DNA from: a bacterium
Lineage (GTDB): Bacteria; JAAXHH01
Assembly (NCBI GenBank): GCA_965200485.1
Contig: CBDAUD010000001.1
Coordinates: 123,858-187,857, forward strand
Direction: 5' to 3'
Length of the DNA stretch: 64,000 nucleotides
The notes below the pieces were generated by a model. That model saw nothing but the letters and a program-made list of their open reading frames with translations, did no database searches and had not been told where the DNA came from. A program made the position numbers and the translations under genes. Below, piece by piece: positions 30,893-40,588 of the stretch (the stretch's first letter is position 1; each line of letters begins with the position of its first letter).

Positions 30893-31903
30893 ATGCCTGA
30901 AAACTCCATCCGCGTGGGCGTTTACGGCACCGGCCGGTTCGCTCGGGCCACCCATCTGCCCAACCTGAGCCGAATCGACGGCGTTGAAATCGTGGCGCTG
31001 TGCGATATCAATGAAGACGCGTTGCGCGAAGCGGCCGCGCAGTTCGGGGTCGCCCGTACCTACACGGATGCCCATGCCATGCTCAGGACCGAAAAGCTCG
31101 ATGCCCTCTGGTCCATCGTGCCGGCCTTTGCGCGCACAAATGTGGAAATCGCCGCGGCCGAACGAGGCATTCAACTCTTCAGCGAGAAACCCCAGGCCAT
31201 GGATCTGGCCCTGGCAAAGCGAATCGACGAAGCGGTGCGAAAGGGCGGCGTGATCAGTACGGTCGGCTTCAGGGAGCGGTACCGTCCGATCTTTCAGGAA
31301 GCCAGGCGGCTGCTCCGGGACAAGCGCGTGGTGCACGTCCGTTTCCAGCAAATCGCACAGCGCACGAAGGCTGCCGGTCGGGACGGAACCGAATGGTCGG
31401 CACAGATGGAGAAAGGCGGGGTGCGTTTCTTCGACTGGGGGGTGCACGCCACCGACTACATCCGGTTCATGACCGGACAGGACATCCGCAGGGCACAGGC
31501 CTTCCTCTGCCATCCGGACGATTCCCATACGCCGCTTTCTTCGTCCTTTCACTACCAGCTTTCGAGCGGCGCCACGGCCACGCTGACCTTTATCGAATCC
31601 GATCCTGCCGGACCGGGGGAAGAACCCTACTTCAGAATCCACTTCGACGGTGGCCGGCTCGGTATCTTTGGCTACGAACGCATCGAGCTGAACGACAAGA
31701 CAGTCTACGAGGCCGATCCTTTCGACCCGTGGATGGTCCAGGACCAGACCTTCGTGGAGGCGGTCCGATCGCATAATCCCAGTCTGCTTCGGAGCGATTA
31801 CCATGACGGACTTAAATCGCTCGCCCCCATCCTGGCCGGATGGGCTTCTGCGCGCAAGGACGGGGTCTGCGTGGACGTGGAGCGGTTTATCGAAGAGGCG
31901 TAG
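30893..31903 (+). CDS. Gfo/Idh/MocA family oxidoreductase
   Basis: GVYGTG, EKP and DWGVHATD motifs. Confidence 0.85.
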   Translation: MPENSIRVGVYGTGRFARATHLPNLSRIDGVEIVALCDINEDALREAAAQFGVARTYTDAHAMLRTEKLDALWSIVPAFARTNVEIAAAERGIQLFSEKPQAMDLALAKRIDEAVRKGGVISTVGFRERYRPIFQEARRLLRDKRVVHVRFQQIAQRTKAAGRDGTEWSAQMEKGGVRFFDWGVHATDYIRFMTGQDIRRAQAFLCHPDDSHTPLSSSFHYQLSSGATATLTFIESDPAGPGEEPYFRIHFDGGRLGIFGYERIELNDKTVYEADPFDPWMVQDQTFVEAVRSHNPSLLRSDYHDGLKSLAPILAGWASARKDGVCVDVERFIEEA

Positions 31904-32052
31904 TTCGCCCGGCGGGTTGTTTGCGATTCAATCCCGCAAGACTTCGGTGGTTTGACGAAGCCGCTTATGATACTTTATTGCATTGTCAGGGGTTCTTACC
32001 GACCTATGCGTTTGCCAGCCGCGACACTTCACGCTATCTGGAGATTCCGGGT

Positions 32053-34851
32053 ATGACTTTCGTAAGGAATATCTCCGAAAAGTGGCATGGGGACGTCCCC
32101 GGGGCGAGGTGGTTCAAGGCGGACCTTCATGTTCACACGATTGATGATATGCCTGGAGGCAAAGTTGGGTTACCGGACGATTTAAACGGTCCTTTGGACT
32201 CGGAAGAAACGATTTGCGCCTATGCCCGACTGTTCTTGCAAAGCGCGGTGGAAAGGCAGGTGGGCGTAATAGGTGTGACGCCTCATTCACCACACATCGA
32301 TACGAACCCAAACTTCAGCGCGGTCTGGCGCATCGTGGAAGAATGGAATAGCGGTGTAGACGATGACGAAATACCGTTCAGAGAGAAGATTTACGCTGTA
32401 TTCCCCGGGTTCGAGCCCTCGTTAGACCATGGTCGGTCGGGGCTGCATCTGCTGTTCCTTTTCGATCCCGAGATAGGTTATGAAAGTTTCCTTCGGGCAT
32501 TTTCGATTGTGATGGGCACCCAGTCATCGTCATGGCGCGATAACCAGCTTCAGCTTTCAAGCATTGGTCCGGAAGAAACCTTCCGAAAACTTCGCGAATT
32601 CCATCACCAAGAACAAAGTGAACACTCCTCGACCGGCTCGTCCGTTTGGAATTACATCACACTCGCTCCCCATATCGATAGCGAGAAAGGGTTGCTCGGG
32701 GCACAGAGAGCGCAAGTCCTGAGTTCGTTTCAGCATGGCGAGGTAGCCGGTCTTGAACTTGGTGATGAAAAAATGCCTGACGAGACTTTAAAAAAACGCC
32801 CTTGGCTGGCATCGGGGATGAAAGACCATCATCAGGCTTTTTTCCACAGTTCCGACGCGTACGCACTGGGCGATATTGGAAGACGTCATACATGGATCAA
32901 ACTGGCCAGCCCGAAGATAGAAGCCCTTCGCCAAGCTTTTATCGCCAATGATTCAAGAATACGCCTGGGCTACGAAAGGAACGGGGACGGGTGCTTGAAG
33001 GAGATCACGGACTCGCCAGACGTAACGGTGAACAAACGACCGTGGCTCAAATCCGTCACAATCAAGGGCAGTGCTTCGTTCTTCAGCAGCGGCGGGGACG
33101 GACTTGATTGTCGTTTCGACCTCAGTCCCGACCTCACCTGTATAATCGGTGGCAGCATGACGGGGAAAAGCACTTTCCTTGATGGTCTGCGGGTGTACGT
33201 CAAAGCTTCGTTGCCCGAAGATGAGAATCTCGGGAAACAGGTAGAGGCACGTGGGAGGAACAGGTTTCTCGGAGGATCGCCCGATGTGGCATTGGATTGT
33301 CCGGGTAGCGAGCCGACTGCGCCTAACCACGAAAAATGGCCAGCTGTTTTTTTCGCGCAGAACGAGTTACAGCGATTGGCCGAGGAATCGGAGCAGATCG
33401 AGAACATTCTTAGTCGGTTAGTTATTTCGGAAACGCACGATATTGCAGACCGTGAAAAACGCATGAAAGCGTTTGACCTGGAGTTAAAATCAACTGCTAG
33501 GCGCCTCGCAAAACTTGATGGTGATCTCGCGGACGCGGAACAAGCTTGGGATCGAAGCCGGAGTGCGAGCGAAGCGCTAGAGGCTTTTTCGGATGCCGGA
33601 ATCGAAAAACTCCACGAAGCTTCTCGCTATTTGAGACAATGGCAGGATTTCGAGAAATCAATCGATGATGTGGGCGCCAATCTCGACTGTACCTTAAAAT
33701 CAGTGGAGGTAACCGATCCACCGCAAATAGACGCATATCTCTCGAATGTGCTTCGCAACGCGGAAAAGGACCTCATTGCGTCCGCAGAGGCAGCGTTGCA
33801 GGATGAGGAGTTTAAAACTGTATGGAAGAACGTCCATACCTACCTGCAACGCGCGAGAAGCGAGATGACCCGTACCGAGATCATCACTCGAATCGTCAAG
33901 GAAGTACTCACAGCTAACGAACAGGCCGTTCGTACCGAAGTAGATCAAGCACTGGCATCCCGCGGGATGGATGCGGCCAAAATACGAGAATATCAAGCGC
34001 TGAGCCGACAGGCCGGTCTGAAGGTGAGTTACAAGGCCAACCTCGACCAGGTTCGTGAAACGCTCGAATCCGAAGAGCGTACATTCGAGAATCTGCTTGC
34101 CGAAAGAAGTGACCTCCGCAACCAGCAGCGTGCAGCGTTCGATCGTGTGATTCAGACGGTCGACACGGATTTCGGTGGAAGAATCAAGGCCCGACGATTG
34201 GACGATGGCAACCGCGCGCCTCTTGATCGCTTTCTAACTGATCTAGGTAAACGTGGTATTACAAGATGGTGGCATGAGCTGGAGGACGAGAGGCGGCCGT
34301 CCCCCGAAACCCTGCTTTCCGCGTTCAGAAACAATCGATTGGCAAAGGTCGGGATGAGCAATGCGGTTCAGTCCACATTCCGGGAAGCCCTGGATAAATC
34401 GAAACAACGGGAATTGGAAACAATGCGGTGTCGCGACCGCTATATGCTGGAACTTGCCATGGATGATGACAGCTATCGTCCACTAGAAGACCTTTCCGGA
34501 GGTCAGCGAGTGAGCGTATTGCTCTCCCTGCTTCTAGAAACGAACGATGAACGTCCCTTGGTGATAGATCAACCGGAGGATGAATTGGACAATCGCTTCC
34601 TGATCGACACGGTACTTCCGGCCTTGAAGAAACTCAAGGGACGTCGGCAAGTCATCGTTGCAACGCACAATGCCAATATTGTGGTAAACGGAGATGCCGA
34701 TCAGGTCATTCAACTCGAGGCAACCGCAAACCGCGGCCGGATAGCATGTGCGGGAGCTATAGAAGTACCTGCCGTTAGAGACGCAACCGTCCGCACCGTT
34801 GACGGCGGGGACGACGCATTTCGCCTTCGGCGATTGAAATACGGATTCTGA
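32053..34851 (+). CDS. PHP-phosphoesterase + SMC/ABC-type ATPase fusion (Ppl/TrlF-like), candidate anti-phage protein
   Basis: N-terminal PHP domain: WFKADLHVHT, GFEPS, LHLLFLFD, APHIDSEKG, SSDAY, TWIK...EALRQAF. ATPase: Walker A GGSMTGKST, Q-loop FAQNE, coiled coil, LSGGQR, Walker B LVIDQPEDELD, ATHNAN. Start moved from 31840 to the ATG after GGAG. Confidence 0.85.
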   Translation: MTFVRNISEKWHGDVPGARWFKADLHVHTIDDMPGGKVGLPDDLNGPLDSEETICAYARLFLQSAVERQVGVIGVTPHSPHIDTNPNFSAVWRIVEEWNSGVDDDEIPFREKIYAVFPGFEPSLDHGRSGLHLLFLFDPEIGYESFLRAFSIVMGTQSSSWRDNQLQLSSIGPEETFRKLREFHHQEQSEHSSTGSSVWNYITLAPHIDSEKGLLGAQRAQVLSSFQHGEVAGLELGDEKMPDETLKKRPWLASGMKDHHQAFFHSSDAYALGDIGRRHTWIKLASPKIEALRQAFIANDSRIRLGYERNGDGCLKEITDSPDVTVNKRPWLKSVTIKGSASFFSSGGDGLDCRFDLSPDLTCIIGGSMTGKSTFLDGLRVYVKASLPEDENLGKQVEARGRNRFLGGSPDVALDCPGSEPTAPNHEKWPAVFFAQNELQRLAEESEQIENILSRLVISETHDIADREKRMKAFDLELKSTARRLAKLDGDLADAEQAWDRSRSASEALEAFSDAGIEKLHEASRYLRQWQDFEKSIDDVGANLDCTLKSVEVTDPPQIDAYLSNVLRNAEKDLIASAEAALQDEEFKTVWKNVHTYLQRARSEMTRTEIITRIVKEVLTANEQAVRTEVDQALASRGMDAAKIREYQALSRQAGLKVSYKANLDQVRETLESEERTFENLLAERSDLRNQQRAAFDRVIQTVDTDFGGRIKARRLDDGNRAPLDRFLTDLGKRGITRWWHELEDERRPSPETLLSAFRNNRLAKVGMSNAVQSTFREALDKSKQRELETMRCRDRYMLELAMDDDSYRPLEDLSGGQRVSVLLSLLLETNDERPLVIDQPEDELDNRFLIDTVLPALKKLKGRRQVIVATHNANIVVNGDADQVIQLEATANRGRIACAGAIEVPAVRDATVRTVDGGDDAFRLRRLKYGF

Positions 34852-34860
34852 GGACGAAAA

Positions 34861-36048
34861 ATGAAATGGCTGGAAATCCTAGAACGAATCGAAGCGGGTG
34901 AAAACGAAGAGACGGAATTCAAACGCGGCTTTGAAGACCTGTCGAAGATCGGCAAGGCGATTTGCGCTTTTGCGAATACAGAAGGCGGCGTAATCATCCT
35001 CGGGGTCGATAACGCGCAAGAAATCGTAGGAGTCAGAGAAGATAGTGAGGAGGTTCAGGAACGATTGACTTCTTTTCTCCAATCGGGTTGCAGTACCCCG
35101 GTTTATGCGCGTTGCGGTTGTCATCAGGACCCCATAGGCTGGGTTCATTGGATCGAAGTCCCGCGTCAACGCGGATTCGAACCTCTGTACTACGGTGGCA
35201 GGGTCTGGGTTCGTCGATTGCGTAGCAGCGTCCAACCATCACCAACCGAGCGGCAGGAACTGTACAATGTCTTTGGATACATCCTGACCGAGGAACGAGC
35301 AATACAGGCAGCCACGTCTGCGGACATCGACCTGCAGACGTTCCGCGCCTATTTGAATAAACTTGAATTCGACACCGAAGCGGAGCCTCAACCGTCGGGC
35401 GAGGATGATCTGCGCAATCGCGGCGTGCTCGCGGAACTTGGCGGTTCATTACACGGGACGCTCTACGGCGTGCTCGCGTTCGGAAAGGAACCCCAGCGTT
35501 TCCCGCAGACGAGTAGTTTTAGGATTCAATGCGTTGCCTATGGAGGTCGCGACCGAACCTCAGCCGTATTGCAAGTAGCCGACATAAAGGGAACCCTCGA
35601 CGAACAAGTTAGCAGGGCGGTAGGATGGTTCACCGGCCTTGGTACGTTTGAAGACTACGACGAGCTGGTTCGGCGCGATCGTCCGCTGCTGCCTCGAGCC
35701 GCGATTCGGGAAGCGCTCGTCAACGCGGTCGCACATCGGGACTACGCCATATCCGGCTCGAAGATACTTTTCGAGGTCTTTGCGGGACATGTAGACATTA
35801 CAAGTCCGGGCACTTTACCGAACCACATGCGTGTTGAGAGCGTCCAGGCCGGCGCCCATCCCAGGTCGCGAAATGAACTAATGGCGAATTACATGGCCGG
35901 CATGGGCTATATGGAGCAAAGAGGAAGAGGGTGGCCGTTGATGCGAAAGGCGATGCGCGAATTCAACGGCACCGAACCGGAGATGGACCAGAACGAAGAC
36001 AACAAATACGTCCGGGTGAAATTCCGTCTTGATAACATTCGTCAATAA
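34861..36048 (+). CDS. Schlafen/AlbA_2 domain + HATPase_c_4 protein
   Basis: AlbA_2: GENEETEFKR and ICAFANTEGGVIILGVDN. HATPase_c_4: IREALVNAVAHRDY, ITSPG, RNELMA, GYMEQRGRG. No C-terminal HTH. Confidence 0.88.
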   Translation: MKWLEILERIEAGENEETEFKRGFEDLSKIGKAICAFANTEGGVIILGVDNAQEIVGVREDSEEVQERLTSFLQSGCSTPVYARCGCHQDPIGWVHWIEVPRQRGFEPLYYGGRVWVRRLRSSVQPSPTERQELYNVFGYILTEERAIQAATSADIDLQTFRAYLNKLEFDTEAEPQPSGEDDLRNRGVLAELGGSLHGTLYGVLAFGKEPQRFPQTSSFRIQCVAYGGRDRTSAVLQVADIKGTLDEQVSRAVGWFTGLGTFEDYDELVRRDRPLLPRAAIREALVNAVAHRDYAISGSKILFEVFAGHVDITSPGTLPNHMRVESVQAGAHPRSRNELMANYMAGMGYMEQRGRGWPLMRKAMREFNGTEPEMDQNEDNKYVRVKFRLDNIRQ

Positions 36049-36071
36049 CGAAAACTGAGTCGACCCCAATT

Positions 36072-37241
36072 TCAACCTATGCCGACCAACTCGTTCCAGA
36101 GGTCTTCCAGCAACGCCCATCGCCGGACTGCCTCCCGTCCGTCCGCGATCCCGTCCACCAAGGGCGACAACCTCGTTTCAAGGTTCGCCGGAACGATGTC
36201 AAACAGAGGAATTTGCTTGTGCGTCCATCCGGGCGTACTCAAAAACCGCCCATTCCGTATGTACAGCGCGATCAGAAAGTCGTTCACCGCCTGGTTGGCC
36301 AGACAGTAGAGGTGTGTCCGATCATCGGCGGCCACAGCTTTATGCAATAATTCGCGAAACCGGGGACGCCGACCCCGCACCGCTCCAGTTACAGCCCTCG
36401 CCGTCTCATCGGGTATATGCGCCAGCGCGCCCTTCCACCGAGCCAACCGTCCATCCGGATCGATCAGGACGCGGCCGTTCTGCAACGCCTCGGCGAGGAT
36501 CCGCTGCCGGGGCGGCGTTGGAAATCCCGCCAGCATATCTTCCACAGTCTGACTGGTCCAGTAGCGGACATGGACCATCGCGCCATCAAGTACGACACTG
36601 TCGCAGGCCTGCTCAATCACCGGTCCGCAACGCAAGTCCGGCCAGGCCGAGATCAGCCCGCGGCGATCGGTCTCCTGGGGAATGCCCGGTCCGAAAACGA
36701 GCAGGTCGATATCCGACTGGCAATCGGCGAAACCCCTTCCGAGGGATCCGCCCAGGGCGACGGCATGGACACCCCTGAGCGACCGAAGGTTTCCCGCTAT
36801 TTCCTCCGCAAACCGGTTCAATTCGTCAGGACCCCGAGATCGGTCCGGTTTGAATGACCCGACCTGGATATCCCGATCCAGTACATCCCTTCCCCTTCCG
36901 GGTACGTTCAGCAGGGCCAGGGTATCCCGTATCAGCCGCGCCGCCGCCGCCCATGCGATCTCGGGTACGCGTTCCGAGGCCAGGCTGGTCAGGGTTCGGC
37001 CCGCGCCCTCCGGCGTCCTGGGCAACCCGCTCAGGCGAGCTCGCGCGTTTTCAAGACGCGATGGATAGAACATGGTTTCCGGCAGACCGTTCATGCCGTA
37101 CAATACGGTGGCAACCTGGTGGATGATCAGGTAGAGGGCATGGCGAAACCGGACGTGATCGCTCCGATCGATCAGGTTGGTCGGGGGAAGTCGCAGCCAC
37201 CAGTGAAGCTGCGCCGCCGCTTCCGCTACATGGTTCGACAT
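36072..37241 (-). CDS. Pol-beta superfamily nucleotidyltransferase with flanking helical (DUF4037-like) domains
   Basis: ALGGSLGRGFADCQSDIDLLVF (GS...DxD) and LIDPDGRL. Confidence 0.75.
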   Translation of the reverse strand: MSNHVAEAAAQLHWWLRLPPTNLIDRSDHVRFRHALYLIIHQVATVLYGMNGLPETMFYPSRLENARARLSGLPRTPEGAGRTLTSLASERVPEIAWAAAARLIRDTLALLNVPGRGRDVLDRDIQVGSFKPDRSRGPDELNRFAEEIAGNLRSLRGVHAVALGGSLGRGFADCQSDIDLLVFGPGIPQETDRRGLISAWPDLRCGPVIEQACDSVVLDGAMVHVRYWTSQTVEDMLAGFPTPPRQRILAEALQNGRVLIDPDGRLARWKGALAHIPDETARAVTGAVRGRRPRFRELLHKAVAADDRTHLYCLANQAVNDFLIALYIRNGRFLSTPGWTHKQIPLFDIVPANLETRLSPLVDGIADGREAVRRWALLEDLWNELVGIG

Positions 37242-37292
37242 GGGAAGTGGGCCCGGCTCGCCTGTCGCCCGAACAGGCAGGTTACGGCAGAA

Positions 37293-37883
37293 TCAACGGG
37301 GAACGGGAGATGGCATGATGAGGGTGGGGTCCTGTTGCAAGACCGGCAGGACCGGCTCCGGACCGCGCTGGTCTTCGGGGATCAGCGTCCGCGCCATGGC
37401 CGTCTCATCGCAATGGGTGAAGCGGGCACAGTGCGCGCAGTCCTTCCAGACCTTGTGCGGCAGCGTCTCCCGGTCCACCACTTCGAATCCGTAGCGGGCG
37501 AAGAAGCTGGTTTCGTAAGTCAGGGCGAAGACCCGCGCGACACCCAGTTCCTCCGCTTCCCTGATCAGTGCGTCGACGATGCGCCCGCCGATGCCTCCGC
37601 CCTGGCTCCCGCTTCGGACGGCCAGCGATCGGACTTCAGCCAGATCGTGCCAGACGATCACGAGGGAACCGCAGCCGATCACCTGGCCATCGCGTTCGGC
37701 GACGACGAAGTACCTGATCTGCTCGAACAAACGGTAGATCGAAACCGGAAGGAGGATCTCCGCTTCGATGTAGGGCTGGAGGATCTCCGTAATGTCGTGG
37801 ACATCCGAAATGACGGCCGGTCGAACGACCGCCTCGTCGCCATGCGAATCCAGCATTCCGGACGCGTTCACTTTTCTCGTCAT
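37293..37883 (-). CDS. argA: Short GNAT-type N-acetylglutamate synthase
   Basis: LAEVRSLAV, RVFALTY...FF...GF and LPHKVWKDCAHC...CDETAM; located in the arg operon. Confidence 0.82.
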   Translation of the reverse strand: MTRKVNASGMLDSHGDEAVVRPAVISDVHDITEILQPYIEAEILLPVSIYRLFEQIRYFVVAERDGQVIGCGSLVIVWHDLAEVRSLAVRSGSQGGGIGGRIVDALIREAEELGVARVFALTYETSFFARYGFEVVDRETLPHKVWKDCAHCARFTHCDETAMARTLIPEDQRGPEPVLPVLQQDPTLIMPSPVPR

Positions 37884-37961
37884 GACCGGCCTGCTCTCCG
37901 TGTACCGAAGACAACTACAACCGCCAAGGCCAATCGCAACCGTCGAGGTCAACCGCCGAGG

Positions 37962-39326
37962 TCAACCATTACGAATGATCTCGCGGGCATGTTCCAGCTG
38001 CCGCAGCACGGAGCCCTTACCGGTGCCGCCGGGAAGGTCGCGCTTGTCGGCGCTGTCATCGAACCTGAGCTGTCTGATCGCAGCCTCGTCGAAATGTTCC
38101 GAATGCCGCCGGTAGATGCCGATCGGCAGATCCCGCAGGCTGCAGCCGCGGCGCGCAGCTTCGTCCACGAGCGTAGCCACAATGCCGTGTCCTGCCCGGA
38201 ACGGCACACCGCACCGGGTCAGGTAGTCCGCCAGATCCGTGGCCAGCATCGCGTCGTCCATGCGCTCGTGCAGCCGTTCCTCCCTTATTTCCAGCGTCTC
38301 CCAGATCGCCATGAACACGGTAAGGGCGACGCTGACCGTATCGATGGCGTCGAAGAGCGGCTCCTTGTCCTCCTGCATGTCCTTGTTGTATGCGTGAGGC
38401 AAGCCCTTGAGCATGGTGAGGAGGGAGACCAGGTCGCCCAGCACCCGGCCGGTCTTGCCCCGAAGCAGTTCGGCAGCATCCGGATTCCTCTTCTGCGGCA
38501 TGATGCTGCTGCCCGTGGCCAGCCTGGGGTGCTGTGCAATATAACCGAATTCCGTGGACGACCAGATGACCAGGTCCTCGCAGGCGCGGCTGATGTGGAT
38601 CATCAACATCGAACAGGCGGCGAGGAATTCGGCGATGAAATCGCGATCGCTGACCGCGTCGATGCTGTTGGACGACAGGCCGTCGAAACCGAGCGCTTCG
38701 GCCAGAAACGTCCGGTCGATGGGGAAGGCGCTGCCCGCCATCGCCCCCGCGCCGAGCGGCAGTACATTGATACGCTTCCGGCAATCCGCCAGACGTTCCC
38801 GATCCCGCTGGAGTCCCGACAGGACGGAAAGCGCGTAGTGGGCGAACCGGATCGGCTGCGCCTGCTGCAGGTGGGTATAACCCGGGAAGACGACGTCCAC
38901 CGTGCGTTCGGCCAGACCCAGCAGCGCTTCCTGGCAGCCCCGAATGCGCTGCGTCAGATCGTCCACCGTCTCGCGCAGATAGAGACGCTCGTCCGTTGCG
39001 ATCTGGTCGTTGCGACTTCGACCCGTGTGCAACTTGCCCCCCACCGGCCCCACTTTCTCGATCAGGCGCTGCTCCACCGCCATATGGATGTCTTCCAGAT
39101 CGCGGGTCAGCGTATACGTGCCGCGCTCGATCTCATGCTCAATCTCCGCCAGCGCCGTTTCGATCGTCCGGCCTTCCTCCCCGGTGATTACGCCGATGCG
39201 CACCAACCCGCGGGCATAGGCTATGCTACCCCGGATGTCCACGCGAAACAAACGGCGGTCCACGTCGATGGAAGCATGAAAGTCATCCATCAGCTTTTTT
39301 AACGCTTCATCCCGGTTGTCAGTCAT
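37962..39326 (-). CDS. argH: Argininosuccinate lyase
   Basis: EDIHMAVE, LHTGRSRNDQ, PGYTHLQQAQP, TGSSIMPQKRNPD and YNKDMQEDKE. Confidence 0.97.
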   Translation of the reverse strand: MTDNRDEALKKLMDDFHASIDVDRRLFRVDIRGSIAYARGLVRIGVITGEEGRTIETALAEIEHEIERGTYTLTRDLEDIHMAVEQRLIEKVGPVGGKLHTGRSRNDQIATDERLYLRETVDDLTQRIRGCQEALLGLAERTVDVVFPGYTHLQQAQPIRFAHYALSVLSGLQRDRERLADCRKRINVLPLGAGAMAGSAFPIDRTFLAEALGFDGLSSNSIDAVSDRDFIAEFLAACSMLMIHISRACEDLVIWSSTEFGYIAQHPRLATGSSIMPQKRNPDAAELLRGKTGRVLGDLVSLLTMLKGLPHAYNKDMQEDKEPLFDAIDTVSVALTVFMAIWETLEIREERLHERMDDAMLATDLADYLTRCGVPFRAGHGIVATLVDEAARRGCSLRDLPIGIYRRHSEHFDEAAIRQLRFDDSADKRDLPGGTGKGSVLRQLEHAREIIRNG

Positions 39327-39383
39327 GATTTTCCAATCGAGTCATGGCGGTATCGTGCGGAGGGAACGCACAGCGCAGGCGAT

Positions 39384-40577
39384 TCACCGCGCGTCCAGCA
39401 CCCCGCCGATAATCCCCAGCGCCTCGTCGACGTGCTGCGCATCAATCACCAGCGGCGGCGCGCACCGGAGCACGTTTTCACCGGCCGTTCCCACGATCAG
39501 GCCTGCCTTCCGGCACGCATCCACGATGTCCCCCACCTTGTCTTCGAATTCCACGCCGATCAACAGACCCGCGCCCCGAATGTCCCTGATGTCCCCGTGG
39601 GTTGCGGCGAGCGCATGCAGTCCTTTCGTCAGTCTTCCGCCCATTTCCAGCGCCCGGTCCGCCAGCCCCTCGTCGATCATCTTGCTGACGACGGCGTGCG
39701 CCACATGGCAGGCAACCGGATTCGCCCCGAAGGTGGAGCCGTGCATGCCCGGCTTGAGTACCTCGGCGATGTGGGGCTTCATCATGACGGCGCCGATGGG
39801 GAGACCGCCGGCCAGCGGTTTGGCCAGGGTCATGACATCCGGTTCTATGCCGTGATGCTGGTAGGCGAAGAGCTTGCCCGTCCGGCACAGTCCACATTGG
39901 ATTTCGTCGAAGATCAGGGCGACCCCGCGTTCGTCGCAAAGGTTGCGCAGGTGCGTCAGGAAATTCACGTGCGCGGGGTTGACGCCGCCCTCTCCCTGAA
40001 CGGGCTCCACCATCACGGCAGCGGTTCTATCCGCCGATATAGCCGCTTCCAGGGGCTCGATTTCGTTCAGCGGCAGATAAACCATGCCCGGGAGCATGGG
40101 TTTGAATCCTTCGTGGTATTTAGGCTGTGCCGTGGCGCTGACTGCGCCGTAAGTCCTGCCGTGAAAGGCATTTTCAAACGTTACGATCTCGTGCTTGGAC
40201 GCACCGCCCACTTCGGACGCCCATCTTCGGGTGAATTTCAGCGCCGCCTCGATGGACTCCGAACCGCTGTTGCAGAAGAACACCCTGGAAGGGAAGGCGT
40301 TTTCCACCAGCAGCTTTGCGAGTGCCACGTGGGGTTCGGTATGGTACAGGTTGGAAACGTGCATCAGTTTCGCGGCCTGCTGCGCCACGGCCCCGATGAC
40401 TTCGGGCACCGCGTGGCCCAGGGAGTTTACGGCGATGCCGCCCAGAAAATCAAGATATCGCTTGCCTTCAAGGTCGTAGACGTAGGCTCCGCTGCCCCGG
40501 TCGAACACAACAGGCGGACGCACGTAAGTGGGTGCGATGTAAGCTTCCTCCAGGGCGATGATCTCTTCGGTAGTCAT
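39384..40577 (-). CDS. argD: Acetylornithine aminotransferase
   Basis: DFLGGIAVNSLGH, NSGSE, FHGRT, EPVQGEGG, FDEIQCG, LAKPLAGG and HGSTFG; start trimmed to MTTEEII. Confidence 0.93.
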   Translation of the reverse strand: MTTEEIIALEEAYIAPTYVRPPVVFDRGSGAYVYDLEGKRYLDFLGGIAVNSLGHAVPEVIGAVAQQAAKLMHVSNLYHTEPHVALAKLLVENAFPSRVFFCNSGSESIEAALKFTRRWASEVGGASKHEIVTFENAFHGRTYGAVSATAQPKYHEGFKPMLPGMVYLPLNEIEPLEAAISADRTAAVMVEPVQGEGGVNPAHVNFLTHLRNLCDERGVALIFDEIQCGLCRTGKLFAYQHHGIEPDVMTLAKPLAGGLPIGAVMMKPHIAEVLKPGMHGSTFGANPVACHVAHAVVSKMIDEGLADRALEMGGRLTKGLHALAATHGDIRDIRGAGLLIGVEFEDKVGDIVDACRKAGLIVGTAGENVLRCAPPLVIDAQHVDEALGIIGGVLDAR

Positions 40578-40588
40578 GCGTATTCCTT

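Noticed and set aside
29726-31804. 692-aa minus-strand ORF
   Set aside because: Antisense to the two oxidoreductase genes.
31840-32052. N-terminal extension of the 1003-aa ORF
   Set aside because: It overlaps the upstream gene and crosses intergenic-looking DNA; the ATG at 32053 has an RBS and directly precedes the PHP motif.
31904-36071. Mobile element boundaries around the defence cassette
   Set aside because: No integrase, transposase, terminal inverted repeats or target duplication was visible.
37119-39302. 727-aa plus-strand ORF
   Set aside because: Antisense to argH/argA; no domain signal.
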